Positions 14,943 to 30,102 of a stretch of DNA of 64,000 nt are shown here, in pieces (position 1 is the first letter of the stretch; every line of letters starts with the position of its first letter). The translations under genes and the position numbers were made by a program. This DNA is from Chrysomallon squamiferum (Eukaryota; Animalia; Mollusca): positions 8,432,001-8,496,000 of the forward strand of contig CM022671.1 of the NCBI GenBank assembly GCA_012295275.1, in the 5' to 3' direction. The notes beneath the pieces were generated by a model that saw only the letters and a program-made list of their open reading frames with translations, ran no database searches and had not been told where the DNA came from.

Positions 14943-15184
14943 CCCACACCCACACCCACACATATACACACCCACATTCACACACATACACATAAGTTTA
15001 ATGCTATTTAATTTTTAACAATTGTTGACTGAGATTATTTTAAACGCTGAAATGCTTACGTAACATGACACCTTTAGAACGGCTGAGTAATACAACTATA
15101 TCAGTAATAATGTATTTTCGATAAAAACGTTTAAAAGTCGACCATATTCCATTAATGTTCTTTATGTAAAAGTGTCTGTATTTA

Positions 15185-15510
15185 TGTATGTGATATTGAA
15201 ATAAAGTACTTTATGTAAACGTGTGTTGTAATAAAATGTCATACAATGTAGTGACATTGAAATAAAGTACCTTATATAAACGAGTCTGTTATATTGTTAT
15301 AATTCATACAATGTGCTGATACTGAAATAAAGTACTTTATATAAACGAGTCTGTTATATTGTTATAATTTATACAATGTGCTGATACTGAAATAAAGTAC
15401 TTCATGTTAGCGAGCCTGTTATACTGTTAAAATTCATAGTGTGTTGATATTGAAATAACTTTATGTAAACTAGCCTGTTACTTTGTTAAAAGTTCATCCA
15501 ATGTGCTGGA
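15185..15510 (+). repeat. Minisatellite, unit about 60-70 bp, about 5 degenerate copies
   Basis: Recurrent tgatactgaaataaagtactttatataaacgagtctgttatattgttataattcatacaatgtgc. Confidence 0.8.
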
Positions 15511-15638
15511 GACATACTATTTACGTTATTATCATTCACACACCAACTTCGTGTTACCGTCGCTGAAATAAACCTCTAATCTGCGTTTCAGAGCTAATCT
15601 AAACGCGCAGTGTGTGTATTAGTGATAGGAAATCAGAA

Positions 15639-15728
15639 CTGACAGTCTGTTAATTTGAACAAAATCTGACAGTCTGTTAATTTGAACAAAATCTGACAGT
15701 CTGTTAATTTGAACAAAATCTGACAGTC
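15639..15728 (+). repeat. 27-bp tandem repeat, about 3.3 copies
   Basis: ctgacagtctgttaatttgaacaaaat repeated three times, with no spacers. Confidence 0.9.
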
Positions 15729-16658
15729 GGTTATCACCGTCACACAACTAACAACTCAGCAATTCTCAAGTCGTATAATCTCAGTTTTAACCTAACTAAA
15801 GAGGGGGCGAATCCAGGCTTTAAGAAAATTGGGAGGTGCCCTGCAAGGTTATGGAGTGTGACTTTTTCACGATGAAATTACAGCAACAGCAGCATGAGCA
15901 GCAACGGTAACAATAACAGCAGAAACAGCAAAAAACGACAACAACAGCAAAAATGACAATAAAACATCAGCAATAATAATAACGATGATGATGATAATAA
16001 TAATAATAACAGTAATGATAACAGTAGTAATAACAATAATGATAATAATGGTGCTGATAACAATAATGATGATGATAATAATAATAGTAATAATGATAAT
16101 AATAATATAATAATAATGGTAGTAGTAGTAGTAGTAGCAGCAGCAGCAGCAGCAATAAAAACAAAACATCGGTCGGCGTAAAATAACCGGACTCTCATAT
16201 CTCTGATCTGCAAAAATACGAAGTATGTAATTACACACTCACGAGTATCTTTATAATTATTTTAGTAGCGGACCACGGTGTCTTTTTATCCTCTCACTCA
16301 ATCTGCGATTACGACAGCAGAGTAAACGGAAACGAGGTTAATGCCGTCTGCGTTGTTCCGGACACGTTAGTAAAGCATATGGCGCTGTCGCTGTATTTCA
16401 TCGGCTTTCAGGCAGTTTATTTAATACTAAGATGTGTTCTGTAAAAAAAAAAAAAAAAAGAAAAAAGATTTACATAACTGCTATACAAACAGAAGAAGAA
16501 AGAAAAAAAAACGAGAAAAAACAGCTCTGATTTGCATTATCTGATTATCTCGACGAACCATTACATAAATTTAATTGACTACAACGTTTGCGAACAAATC
16601 TGCTGTAGATTTTTAGTTATTTGATGTCCGAAGTGTGTCCTATTGACTTCCGTGTTTA

Positions 16659-16695
<37 letters not shown>

Positions 16696-16889
16696 GATGT
16701 AGTAGAGGTAGTAGTAATAGCAGCAGTAGTAGTAGATATAGTGGCAGTAGTAATAGAGGTGTTGGTAGTAATAGTACTGCATTTAATTACTCAGTTTTTC
16801 TCTCTTTCCTAATCAACCTGTGTCTGTTTCTGTCTATCTGTCTGTCTACTTATCTGTCGGCACCTATGTCTGTCTGTTTATCCACTTGT

Positions 16890-17295
<406 letters not shown>

Positions 17296-18069
17296 AGTGT
17301 CTGAATGATGTGTAAAACATAAATACATAAACTCTACATTATGTAAATTATTACCAGCTCTCTAATCCGTAGTTACAGTGATCTGGACTTGACAATCAGC
17401 TGACACTGATCAATACATGTAATAGCTGCCAGTGAACGTGTTGCTAACGTCTGTATTTGCACGTCGCTATACCAGCAGGTAAACAAAGAACAACATCAAC
17501 GCAATTAGAAAAGATCAATTACCAACGTTAATGTATTTATTTCACTGTCCGCTCAATATATATATATATACACATATATAAGAATAATAAAAATATAAAC
17601 GTAAATAATAATTGCTAAATATGTAACAACAATAACCGTAGTAATAAACAATAACAACAGTAATGACAATAATTAACCACTACCACCACCAATAACAACA
17701 TCCACAGCAATAACAACAACAACAATAATAATGTTGGTTATAAAAATCATAATTTTTATTATGATAAACTCCATTGTTTAATTTTTAAAACCTGTAGTGA
17801 TCTGAAAACTAAATATTTGCTTGAGCATACACACATACATTAGACTACTGGTTTTTTTTTTTTTTTTTTTAGAAATATCTGTTTATGTTTTACACTGTTC
17901 TCTTTCTTTCTTTATCTCTCTGTCTGTCTCTCTATCTGCTTGTTCATCTACCTGTCTGTCTGTCTGCCTCTGTGCCTGTCTGTCTGTCTGTAGATTAATC
18001 CATAAATCCATCCTCTCATCCATTCATTAGATTAATCCATAAATCCATCCTCTCATCCATTCATTCATC

Positions 18070-18114
<45 letters not shown>

Positions 18115-18736
18115 GTGTATATTTATTCAGAGCCTTTTTATTTTTTTTATTTTTTTGTTAACAAGTAAATGGTAACCACACATGATAGTTATATGTAACC
18201 TGATAATAAATGGGTGTGGTTAATCTTTCGCCGGGCGCTCACGGACATTGCACTCGTAAACTTTCGATAACGTTTCTCGTTTTCAATCATATCGCAGCAT
18301 GTGGTATTCACAGTTACCTTTGAGAGAGAGAATTAAAAAAAAAAAAAAAAATTCAATTTGAAAGAGCCCCGTTTAATCCACTTGAAAACTAACACAACTC
18401 GGGATTAACTGGTATGACGAACATTTTTTTGTGTGTGAATTTCGATTTAACCCAATCCGTTCAACAGCGGCGTAACACCTAATTAACAAACAAACAAACA
18501 AAATGTTATGGTATTTTCATGTTGCTTATCAAACGAGCTAAACTGCTCGCACGAAAACAGATCTGATCTGTACTGGTATAATATATATGTCTGTATTTGC
18601 CGTCACAGGCCTTTGGGCGAAACCTCAACACAGTTTTTAAAGCCTGTATTATATGTGAGCGTCAAAAGGTGCGGACTGTATTAAAATTCAGCGAACCGTT
18701 ATATATTTTATTTTACAGCTTTTAAATTGACAGGTT

Positions 18737-18769
<33 letters not shown>

Positions 18770-19025
18770 TTTCTTTCCTAACCAGGTATGTGATTTAATT
18801 ACAGGAAGTATTTGTGAATACCCCTGCCCACGCATGATTACAAAAGTCTTGTATTTAAAATGCGTAGTTTAATTACTGTTGCTGCTTCTACTGTCGTTAT
18901 TATCATTACGAGAATTAATCTTGTTGTTGTTATTATAGTTGTTATCATCGTCGTCGTCGTTGTTGTTTTTGTTATTACGGTGATTATTATAGTTGTTGTT
19001 CTGGCTGTTGTTATTGGTATTGTCA

Positions 19026-19093
<68 letters not shown>

Positions 19094-19639
19094 TAGAAGA
19101 AGAAGAAGAAGAAGGAAAAGAAGAAGATGAAGAAGTATAACAATAACTAATAATAATAACAATAACAATATCAATAACAACGATAATAATAATAAATACT
19201 ACTACTACTACTACTACTATTACTACTACTACTACTACTACTATTACTACTACTACTAGTACTACCAGTACTTCTAGTACTCCTACCAATGCTTCTACTA
19301 GTACTACCACTGTTAAGAAAACTAAACGCTATAACCGTGTCTAAGAACACCTGTGACAGGTGGGTACAGGGACACCTCTCTGCAGAGTAATGCCCATTAA
19401 GTCTCTCTGTAGGAGATAAGCTTCTTAATACACGGTTTAGTGTTCGGGTGCACCGTTCCCGACTTGTGCTCCGATCCCTTGCAAATCCTGTCTAATCCAC
19501 AGTGACGTTTCTTCACCGCAAAGACGGGTGGTGGGCGTGTTTCGTCAGCATGTTCAGCCTGGTAGATTCAGTGCAAAATTTTATAAATTGTTTTTTTTTT
19601 TCTTGTAGGTTTTGTGTGTACATACGTACTTAGAAGCAA

Positions 19640-20084
19640 AAATACATACATACTAATTCATTCCTATGTACCTACATACAAGCATACACACACACACACA
19701 CACACACACATACATACATACATACATACATACATACATACATACATACATACACATACATATACATACATACATACACATACATACATACATACATACC
19801 CACATACATACATATATACATATATAGACACCTATTCATACAAAAAGGCAGAGGTGCATAGATACAAATATACACACATATAAACATAAATAAAGATACA
19901 AATATACATATACATACACAAAAATAAACATTAGTAGACACATACACATACATCTATACACACACATATACTAATATACAAATGCATACATGCACATACT
20001 CATATACACATACATACATAAACATATACGCATACATACATACATATATACATACATACATGCATTCATACATACATGCATTCA

Positions 20085-20118
<34 letters not shown>

Positions 20119-20240
20119 CATACATACATTCATTCATACATACATACATACATGCATTCATACATACATACATACATACACACATACATTCATACATACT
20201 TTCATACATTCATACATACATTCATACATTCATACATACA
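19640..20240 (+). repeat. (CATA)n/(CA)n simple-repeat field
   Basis: Direct inspection. Confidence 0.9.
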
Positions 20241-20255
20241 ATCCCAAACTAGGTT

Positions 20256-20540
20256 GTCTCGGTGGCCGAATGGTAACATCGTCGGCCTTCGGAGTGCGGG
20301 CGACTGGGTGCTATACGTTCGAGTCTCGTCAGCGGCATCAGACGGGTTTGTGAGGTCGTGATTGGACTTTGTCCTCCTGCGCCAGTGTGTTCCCGAATAT
20401 TGTCTGTGTGCAGAGTCTAATCTGTGCATAAGACAGAGAATATTCAAATCCTAAACCACATACATAGATACAAAATACATACATACATACATACATACAT
20501 ACATACATACATACATACATACATACATACATACATACAT

Positions 20541-20560
<20 letters not shown>
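20256..20560 (+). mobile_element. tRNA-derived SINE (head resembles tRNA-Arg TCG) with a (CATA)n tail
   Basis: Pol III box A TGGCCGAATGG (20263-20273), box B GTTCGAGTC (20317-20325) and loop CTTCGGA. The tRNA stems pair poorly. A unique body of about 120 bp is followed by a (CATA)n tail. Confidence 0.75.
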
Positions 20561-20571
<11 letters not shown>

Positions 20572-22904
20572 GACATACACATACACAGAGATGCTAGTAG
20601 CAGTCTGCGTCTAAGTGTTACTGTGTACCGAGATGACATTTAAAATTAACAACTGTTGATTCATAACTGTGAACACACAGGTAAAATCATTATTTACTCA
20701 GTCAAAGTAATGTTTATTTCCTGTTAGTGACTCAGATATCTGCTCACTTAATTATATAGGTTATTTGCGCTGATAGTTTATTTATTATGCAAAACGGTTT
20801 TATTTCTTCTTCTTCTTGTTTTAACGTAAATATAAATATAACTTGCACGTGTTTAGCCTTTATATGACGGCTTTAGCAGACAGGCCTGGCCTTGTCTACG
20901 TTATCATAGAATAGAATGGAATGGAACAGAAAGCAACTGAATATAATTCGCTATAGTGTAGTGGGTATGTATGCTATGTATGTTTGTATATATGTATGTA
21001 TATATGTATATATATATATATGTATATGTTTGCATGTATGTGCATGTATGTATGCATGTCAGCTAGATAAGGTTTTTGAATTTGTTAAATTTATTTTTAA
21101 ATATTTATTTTTTAATTTTAAGTTAGATGCAGCAGACAGCAATTGTAAAATGTAATGATGAAAGTACAGGTAATTTATATGTATATATCTGTATATGTAT
21201 GTACGTGTGTGTGTGTGTTACTATGAAACAATTATATATAATTACACATTTTTTATTATAATCCGATATGAATGGATATAATTGTTGTGCATACGTCGCT
21301 ATATACATTTTTTTTTATTGTTGTAAACAAATGGGATATGTAATTACAAACAGTCCTCATATATGTTTTATCACCATTTTTTGTTTTGATTTTAGGTTCA
21401 TACAGATTTCGCCCTCTTTTATATCGAGTAAAGTTTTAAATATTCCTAGTTTAATGATGGCTCAGTTCATGCAGATATTTTGCTATAACAAGTTATTTTT
21501 ACGAAAGAACAAATTAGAAGTAAACATTACAGTATTAGTGTTAGTAGTAGTAGTCGTAAAAGTAGCAGTATAAGTGATAGTGATAATAGTATTAGTAGCA
21601 GTTGTAGTAGTAATAGAAGAAACAGCAGAAGTAGTAGTAATACTAAATCTAACAGTCGGAGTAACTGTAATAGTACGAATGATAGTGGTAATACTACTAA
21701 CAGTAACAGAAACTAATAGAAAGTGGTAATAATACGAATATGAGTAATGGTAGAGGTAGCAGTACTAGAAAAAGAAGAAGTAAAAAATAAAAAATAAAAA
21801 CAAAGAAAATAATTCTAAGTCCGCTCTCTACTATGTTTGAGTAACACTAGAAACACGAGTCTAACACTCAAAAGAGCACTGCTGTGTGAACTGAACATTT
21901 CTTGAAATACGCTTTACTCCGTTTACATTCGTTCTTCACCTGGCGTAGAAAAGATCAAAGGAAATGGTGGCAAGGTAATGACAATGGTGAGGGGAATAAA
22001 ACATACATCTTCAATAATAAAAGCACAACAACAACAACAACAAAAAAGAGTACAGAAGACAACAAAAGAGAAACTACTGGATAGAAATTATAGTGAAATG
22101 TATGCGTCTGCTATGTAACATCTAATAAACATGAATTGAATGTGATATAGATCAACAGTACAAATAAGGCTGTTACCCGCTCTGTTGAATACAACGAAAG
22201 AGGCGTCTCACCTCACGTATTTTATTTCTTACGACAAATAGATTTTCACATAATGTGACGTCAGTAGTGCTCTAGTTAGCAAAACAGTTTTATTAGAAGA
22301 ATGTATAATTCTAGATATACTTTATTTATTATTATACAGTTCGATATGCCGTGTTAACATACTTATTATTATTATTATTATTATTATTAGAAGTTTCAGT
22401 GGGGATAATATATAGGACTAAATTGTATTATATTTGTTACTGTAGAGTTTGATATGCTGTGTTAACACACTTTTTAAAGCTACTTTTGTACAAAGAGGTT
22501 CTTCTTTTCATCAAAATGAGAGATGCAGACAGGATTACTCGTATAAGGTGAATCACTTCTCGTGTTAAAGTATGTTTCGTATCGCTATTATGTAGACAGA
22601 GAGGAACTCATTATTTCTAAAGATACAGACGAGTTTTCATTCTTTAAATTTAAATAAATAAATAAATTATATGTGTGCGTGCGTGCGTATGTGTTTATGT
22701 GTGCGTGTGTGTAAGTGCAATGATTTGTAGTCTCCCTCATTTTTCTATTTGAATTATCAACATATATAACGTTTTACTGTTACCACGCTTATTATAGTTC
22801 AACCGTATGACAGGTACAATTATTTACCATAACATACAGTGACTCAGTCAGAAGTAATTTTTTCCCATATAAATAACAAACAAACAAACCAAAATACGTC
22901 TTAA

Positions 22905-25900
22905 TTCCTTCTACGTTAACAACTAATGGAGGTAATCTAACACCTGATGTAGAAGGTGAAGGATAAAAGTGGTGTTAATGTATGTATGTCTGTATGTGTG
23001 TGAGTGTGTTAATATGTATATATTTGTTTATTTATGTTGCATCTATGGGTGTATTATGTATATATGAATATACGTATGTATGAATGCCTGTTTAACGGAT
23101 TTCGGATTTAAATAGATTAAATTTAAGTTGAATGGTGGAAACTTTTGAAACTTTCTTTACAAACCTGGTCTTTGTTTATGGATGGAGTGCATTTCAGTTC
23201 TACTTTGGGAAAAGTCTTAGATCACCTTAAAGAGAACTTCGCGCTCTTTTCTTTGCAACTTTGCCAGTCATTAACTTTGTTCAAGCACTAATGACAAAAT
23301 TCCAGGATCTAAACCAGCCGAGTTTTCTGAAGCAGCAACCATAAAGTTTTTCAGTTAAGATAAAAAGATACAGCAACCATAAACTTTATATTATATTTAA
23401 AATGTATTATATTAACAAGACAAAAAGATACATTACAAGAAGAAAAGTATTTATATTACGTAGATTTAAAAATGTGTTAACCTGCGTGATTAAATAATAT
23501 ACCAACATTCTTATAAACTAAAAGACAACAAACTATAATTCTACGTAAGTCAGTTAGGGAAAATTCCGAGAGTTATAAATTATACAAGAAAAGCTCACAT
23601 AAAATTAAATATTGTCCAGTTTAATATTTCATTCTTATCTGATCAACACTACACTGTTTATTAACGATATGTTACACTGCTTTGTCTTCATTAGCAAACA
23701 GAGATCTTTTGTCTGCACCTTTCCATAGATAGGAAGACTCAGCATAAACACGATTCTGAGAACCCTGGAACTTTGAAATCGTGCGAAGAAAAGAGATTAA
23801 ACCACTGGTCTGGAATTTGTGAATACAGTGGAACCTCGGGTTACGAAGTTTATTCATTCCAGAACTCGGTTCGTAAACAGAATTGTACGTAAATCGAAGC
23901 AATGTCAGACAGACGAACGTCACTCTCATGTTTTGAAGTTAATTATTTCTTAACCTCTACTTTGATACGATTATACGAGCATTAACGCTGTGCAAATATT
24001 TCTATTTTATTAAAATTTTATTAATAATTCATACATATTTACTTTTATCTGTGTTTTTAAATAATTCAAATTTCAACGTTTTCGTATTTGTCACTCTTTA
24101 TCTTTAATGTTAGTTTATTTCATAGAATTATCTTTTAACTGTTATGTATTATAATATTGTTAGTATTACGCTGTTTTATTCAAGAATGCAATTTTACATT
24201 TTTCTTATCTTATTATTTTTATTATCATTATTATTATTATTATTACTATTATTATTATCTTTAGTTATTTATTTATTTATTGATTATTATTATTATTGCT
24301 GTTGTTGTTGTTGTTTTTATTATTATTTATTATTATTTTTCCATCTTTTAATTTTATTTCCTTTTAAACACTCTACTGGGCCTTCTCTTTCTTGTTGTTG
24401 TTACAAAGTGAAACGTTTACTAGAAATGATATACCCCTTATATAGATAAACAGATAAATAGATATTTGAACTGCTGTGTTTTGGGTGTGTTTTTATTGTT
24501 TGTTTGTTGTGTTTTCTATTGTGTTTTTTTTTTTTTTTTTTTTTTTTGATGACTGTATTTATTATCAAGGATGGCGACATCTTATTTTCTATTTTATTTC
24601 AATATGCGTATTTAGAAATATATATATATCTACATATATATATAAAGAAAAAATAATTATCAGAAGACAAAAATAACAACTAATAAACATTTGTGCGCCT
24701 TATATTATATTATATTATATTATACTATTATTTCATTTATGTTTTCTATTTCCTTTTTGTAATTTGGAAATAAAATGTACAAGACCAGATTTGTATTTCA
24801 GAAAACGTGACTGCAAGTTTCTCAGACAACAACAGATCGCTAACTGGAACAGAAGTTTATTTACTGAATACAGAATACCCCGATCTCATCAATGTCAACA
24901 ACTGTTTACAAGACTGCACAGTGTCTACGTCATGTGACACCACCATCGTTATCAACGACATGCACATGTCACTGCACAATTCAAAAGAATGACTGCAAGG
25001 ACTTGAAATCAACGACGGCAGTGACACGAGAAATATCACCTGCATTAACAACACTGGATATATATGTGAGTTTGGATATATATATATACAAGTTTATATA
25101 TGTGAGTTTTCGTATTACTGCAGACTACGTGTGTTAGCAAACATACAAGTTTATGGTTTTTGCTCTTTTCCATATTCTGTTGGATAACACAGCCACAACC
25201 CCTGGTGTTGTCCTAACCCTGACGTGTGGTGTCACTAACCAGACGACCCTAGCACCATGCATGACAATCCAATAGGCGTCTACCACCGCGACATCTACTA
25301 CAGCCATCACCACCATAACGTCAGTAATACAATCATGGAAACAACCAAGTATGGTGAAAACTGTGTAATTAATTTCAATGTTGTTTTCGTTTGTTGTTTT
25401 TTTGTTTCCTTTCGTTTTTGATTGTTTTTTTTATGTTTTATTTTTACAGCTTTTCTCAAGTACATTGTAGACTGGACCTGATCGTTCACAAAATTGTAAT
25501 GCCTCTCTGAAAATTTCAGAATTAGTTAATATTATTACTTCTAGATCAAGAGGTTTGTTTTTATTAAAGTGTATTCTATCAATGTGGATACATATATATG
25601 TTTATATTAATATGCTAATCACTGATATATATTTAATTTTATGTGAGCTTTTCTTGTATAATTTATAACTCTCGGAATTTTCCCTAACTGACTTACGTAG
25701 AATTATAGTTTTGTTGTCTTTTAGTTTATAAGAATGTTGGTATATTATTTAATCACGCAGGTTAACACATTTTTAAATCTACGTAACATAAATACTTTTC
25801 TTCTTGCAGTGTATCTTTTTGTCTTAACTGATACATGTTAATATAACACAGTTTATGGTTGCTGCTTCAGAAAACTCGGCTGGTTTAAATCCTGGAATTT

Positions 25901-25950
25901 TGTTAGGAATTCTCACAGTCATTCTTGTTATTCTTCTTAGAGTGTTTTGC
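22905..25950. pseudogene. Subtype-2 receptor pseudogene, unit 1, internally inverted. Minus strand: tail remnant (about 22905-22965) and TM fragment (about 23297-23330). Plus strand: CUB exon 24802-25062, stalk exon 25193-25348, extra exon 25450-25552, TM exon 25871-25950.
   Basis: Homologous to gene A exons. In-frame TGA at 24990-24992, truncated CUB exon, TAG in the stalk exon, and no signal or lectin exon. Confidence 0.85.
23826..23970 (-). mobile_element. Tigger/pogo-like DNA transposon remnant (one TIR plus a transposase N-terminal fragment)
   Basis: TA|CAGTGGAACCTCGGGTTACGAA terminus. It is the reverse complement of the 41.66-41.77 kb remnant encoding a CENP-B/psq-type HTH start. Confidence 0.7.
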
Positions 25951-26402
25951 ATGTTGTTAAGTCATTGTTCTTTAATGAATGCAGTGATACTCAAACCGGT
26001 CACAGCATGACCGTAACTAGACCTTTTTTTTAAAATGACCACAGCGGGGCAAAAGAAACTAGAAAGACGCAAAATCGTCGATTGTGACAACTTATATTTT
26101 ACATTTTTTAAATAAGATCTTTACTAGAAAAATAAACAAAAAAAATTATTATTATTATTTTTAAATCGTGAATCTGGGTTTGAGGCATTTGCCAATCCGG
26201 TTTCCAGGATTCAACAATTCACAAAACAGATACCCATAGCATATTAGAATATGCTGTATTATAAAATAAAATAAATATCTAGTTTTACAAAGGACGTAGT
26301 ATGTAATTTCCTCTGAGAAGTAAAAAAAAAAAAAAAATAATAATAAGAAAATAATAATAGATAAAGAAAAAAGAAACGAGTACTTGGGCTTGTACCTGGT
26401 AA

Positions 26403-26438
<36 letters not shown>

Positions 26439-27016
26439 GCGCACACACACACACATGATAATTTACGAATCATAAATAAATTCAATAAATTCTAATAAAT
26501 ACGTTAATAAAGAAATATATTAAATTAAAAAAAAAAAAAAAAAAATCCTTTTAATTTGTTATATACTCTGATGATTAATAACACAGTTACTTGTTTAAGT
26601 GTGAAGTGTTTATTATTTATATTTTTGTATTGTACTTCGAACCGATCTTAGGGTCTATTGTGTACAAAATATCTTCCTGCTCTGATGATTTTTTGTATGA
26701 AAGATCCTAGCATAAAAAGTGTCATCTGTATTGGTGATAGACAATAAACCCGGATCTTTCAAATTTCAGTGTAAACACAATTAACACTAACGTCAGAATG
26801 AGGAACCTGAACAACCAAAGACATTTTCACACTTGATTAGGTGCCAATTTTTCTGCTTCTAATTCGCCCGTAAAGGATTTAATAATAGTGTAGACTACAT
26901 TACAAAATAAAATAAACTGAAATAATTTTTATAAAAGTCATGGTGTGATAGCAATATTTACCATAATTACTGTTTCAGTGTGTAATTTAAAAACGTATAC
27001 ATACACACTCACACAT

Positions 27017-27186
<170 letters not shown>

Positions 27187-29338
27187 TACCATCAATACTG
27201 AGCACAGAAAAGGATGCCGTGGTACGTGATTTCCTTTTATTTCCTGGAGAATATGTGTTCTGTGTATATCTGCATTCATGTAGTTTTATAGGCATGTTGG
27301 TAGGTTAGTAGGTAGCTATATAGATGGCTACGTGAGTAAATAAAAAGAGAGTATAATATACATCACTCAGTACACATAACTTGAATTAGGTGCTGTAAAT
27401 AGGGAAAAGAAGCTATAAAAATAGGGTATTCTTTGAATGAACTCAAAATTTAGAATTACGTTGGTTAAAAACACCTTCTCATAACAACAGCATGGTATGT
27501 TATTTGATAGCAGATCGCAGGATCAAAGAAGGGCAGCTGTTGTCTAGATGACCTCGTCTACCTATGAAGACGAACTTGCAATAGTAACGTGAGATCTTCA
27601 TTTCAGATTTGTTTCAGATAGTGTCACCTCGATACAGTGAAGACACGATAAGAATATTAAAAATAAAATAATAATAATATATATGTATGAAAGTATGTGT
27701 GTGTGTGTCTGTTCGAGTGTGCGTCTATGTATCTCATACAAACTCACACAAAGAGACTCTCAGTACTGTTAAAAGGTTAAAACATTTCGAATGTGATTCA
27801 GAAAATTTTCATTTTATCTTAAACATAATGTTATCTGTTTATTTAAAAAAAACAGTCTAATACAACTCAAAACTGTACTCCAAACAAACCTCACATAAAT
27901 GAAGATTCGTTTTGAAAAGTCAGTATTTAGACTTTCTCAAAATGACGATACGGAATTCCCAAGTTGTCATTCAACAAATAATTTATTTTAATAGTAATAA
28001 CCAGCTGGAAATTTCCGTAACAATTTCCGTTTATTCATTAATAGGTTCAGGCACTGCTGATGTCAGAAATTTACACATTCTACAAAATAACAAACTTGTG
28101 AAAATTTTCAGTCGATGTTGTCTATGATAGATCGTTAACACATGCTTGACCGTTCGGTGGATGTAACCCTATTTCTAAGTGGAAGGAAACAGCATTGACA
28201 GAAGTGAATGACGCCACTGATTTATTAGCCAATTCCGATAAAGCAGTTGATAAAAAAAATTATATACTAACTTAAGTTTTTGGAATTACACACTATAATA
28301 GTAATTACGGTAAATATTGCTATGACAGTATGACTTTTAAAGACATTATTTTATTTTATTTTATTTCATATTATTTCAGTTCATTTTAATTTATTTTGTT
28401 TTATAATATGATGTAATATAATATGGTTGTTAGTCCATTCAGCATACACTACATAAATCCTTTACGGGCGAATTACAAACCGACAAATTGGCACCTAATC
28501 AAGTGTAAAAATATCTTTGTTTGATCACGCTGTTTCTTCTGACGTTAGAGGTAATTGTGTTTACACTGAAATTTGACATCTTGGTTTGTTGTCCATCACC
28601 AATACAGATGTTTAATACCAAAAAAAAAATCAGAAGAGCAGAATGATATTTTTGTACAATAGTCCCTAAGATCGGTTCGAAATACAATACAAAAATACAT
28701 ATGATAAACACTTCACACTTAAACAATTATTTTTGATAATATTTCAAATGTTTTTAGTAACTGTTACTAATCATCAGAATATAAAACTTAAATCAAAACG
28801 TTTTCCTTAATTTATTTTAATATACATATTTATTTACTTATCATTGCTAAATTATCGGATATGTATATTTATGTCTATATATATATATGTATGTCTGCAT
28901 GTATGTTTGTGTTGTTTCTGCGTATGTGCATTTGTATATATGTGTATATGGTTGTATCTGTGTGTGTGTGTGTGTGTGTGTGTCTTTTGCCACTAAGAAT
29001 ACACTTGACTGTGACAGTCGAGACTAGGAGCGCTGCCTGGAACAAAAGGTAGCCCAACCGGAGAGTCACGAAGACTGATCTTCTTGACATAAATCCAGGA
29101 ACATTGAAATCTTGCCAAGAAAAGAGCTTAAACCATTGGTCTAGAATGTGTGAATACACAGACGTCTGAGTTTAGTCTCATTAGCATTACGACAGTTTCA
29201 CACCGCTGTAGTAATATTAAAACTGAAGAATCAGTTAAATGTCATTATTTTAGTAGTTTTTTTTCCCAGTAACTGATTTTATATATTGCTACCTGTTGTT
29301 GCCTTTTTCTTTATTTTTTACAGTTAAACCAAACACTA

Positions 29339-29399
29339 ATGGAATCTTGGCTGTTGTTTTTCATTCTTGCAGGTGTCACATTGCGATGTTCAGAAACAG
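29339..29399 (+). CDS. Receptor gene A exon 1: signal peptide MESWLLFFILAGVTLRCSET
   Basis: ATG plus a hydrophobic core and a phase-1 GTAAGT donor. The upstream acceptor at 29323 implies an unseen 5'UTR exon. Conserved in copies C and B. Confidence 0.8.
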
Positions 29400-29727
29400 G
29401 TAAGTTCCAAGAAATCCTGTTAACAAAGCAATGTTTATTCCGACATGGATTAAATTTTCTTTTCATTCTTTTATCTGTCAGTCTTTCTCCCTGTCTGTAC
29501 ATAAACATTCATAGAGACAGACACAAACGAACATACACACAAACTTGAAAACTTGCATACTGATATTTAGCATACCAAATATTTCCACATCAAATGTGTG
29601 TGTGTGTATGTGTGTGTGTATCTTAAATTAAAAATTAATATCTTTATATAACACAGATTGTTATAACTGAAAATGTAATATCATTATCTACAGCACTGTT
29701 GCAATATAAAATCATTATTTTATACAG

Positions 29728-30102
29728 CACTGTTGCCTGGAAAATTATACTCCGAAACTGCCTGTTATGGTTCGGCCGGAGATATCATACTTGAACCCAA
29801 GTGTGGTGTTAAAGAACGAATAGTCATTGATACAGAATACGCTCTAACAAAGCCATCGAGCACAGGATGTCCTGACTTGATGACAGTAGATACGAGCAAT
29901 CTTACATACTGTTGCCTGTACGATGAATCTGATTGTAAAGACATTTACAGTAGTTCAGCCGTGTTGTTTTATTACGAAGAATTCACTGGAAAACAAACAT
30001 CGAGAAAGGTTGCTTCACAACAGAGAATTTCCAGTTGTTCAAGTGCTGTATATGGAAGGAATTTCTCCACGTACATGATGCTAGACTACTCTTGTATTAG
30101 TG
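29728..30102 (+). CDS. Receptor gene A exon 2: Cys-rich SUEL/Gal-lectin-like domain (125 aa)
   Basis: Acceptor tatacAG and donor GTATGT give a 375-nt phase 1-1 exon. The pattern TAC..L.PKC..RIVI..YA..GCP..CC..DC..GK..C..YM.LDY.CI resembles the SUEL/rhamnose-binding lectin framework. Domain call by eye. Confidence 0.75.

Noticed and set aside
15185-15728. CRISPR-like array
   Set aside because: Head-to-tail tandem repeats with no unique spacers, no cas genes, and a eukaryotic context.
20256-20337. Functional tRNA-Arg gene
   Set aside because: The acceptor and anticodon stems pair poorly, there is no oligo-T terminator, and a body plus (CATA)n tail follows. A SINE explains it better.
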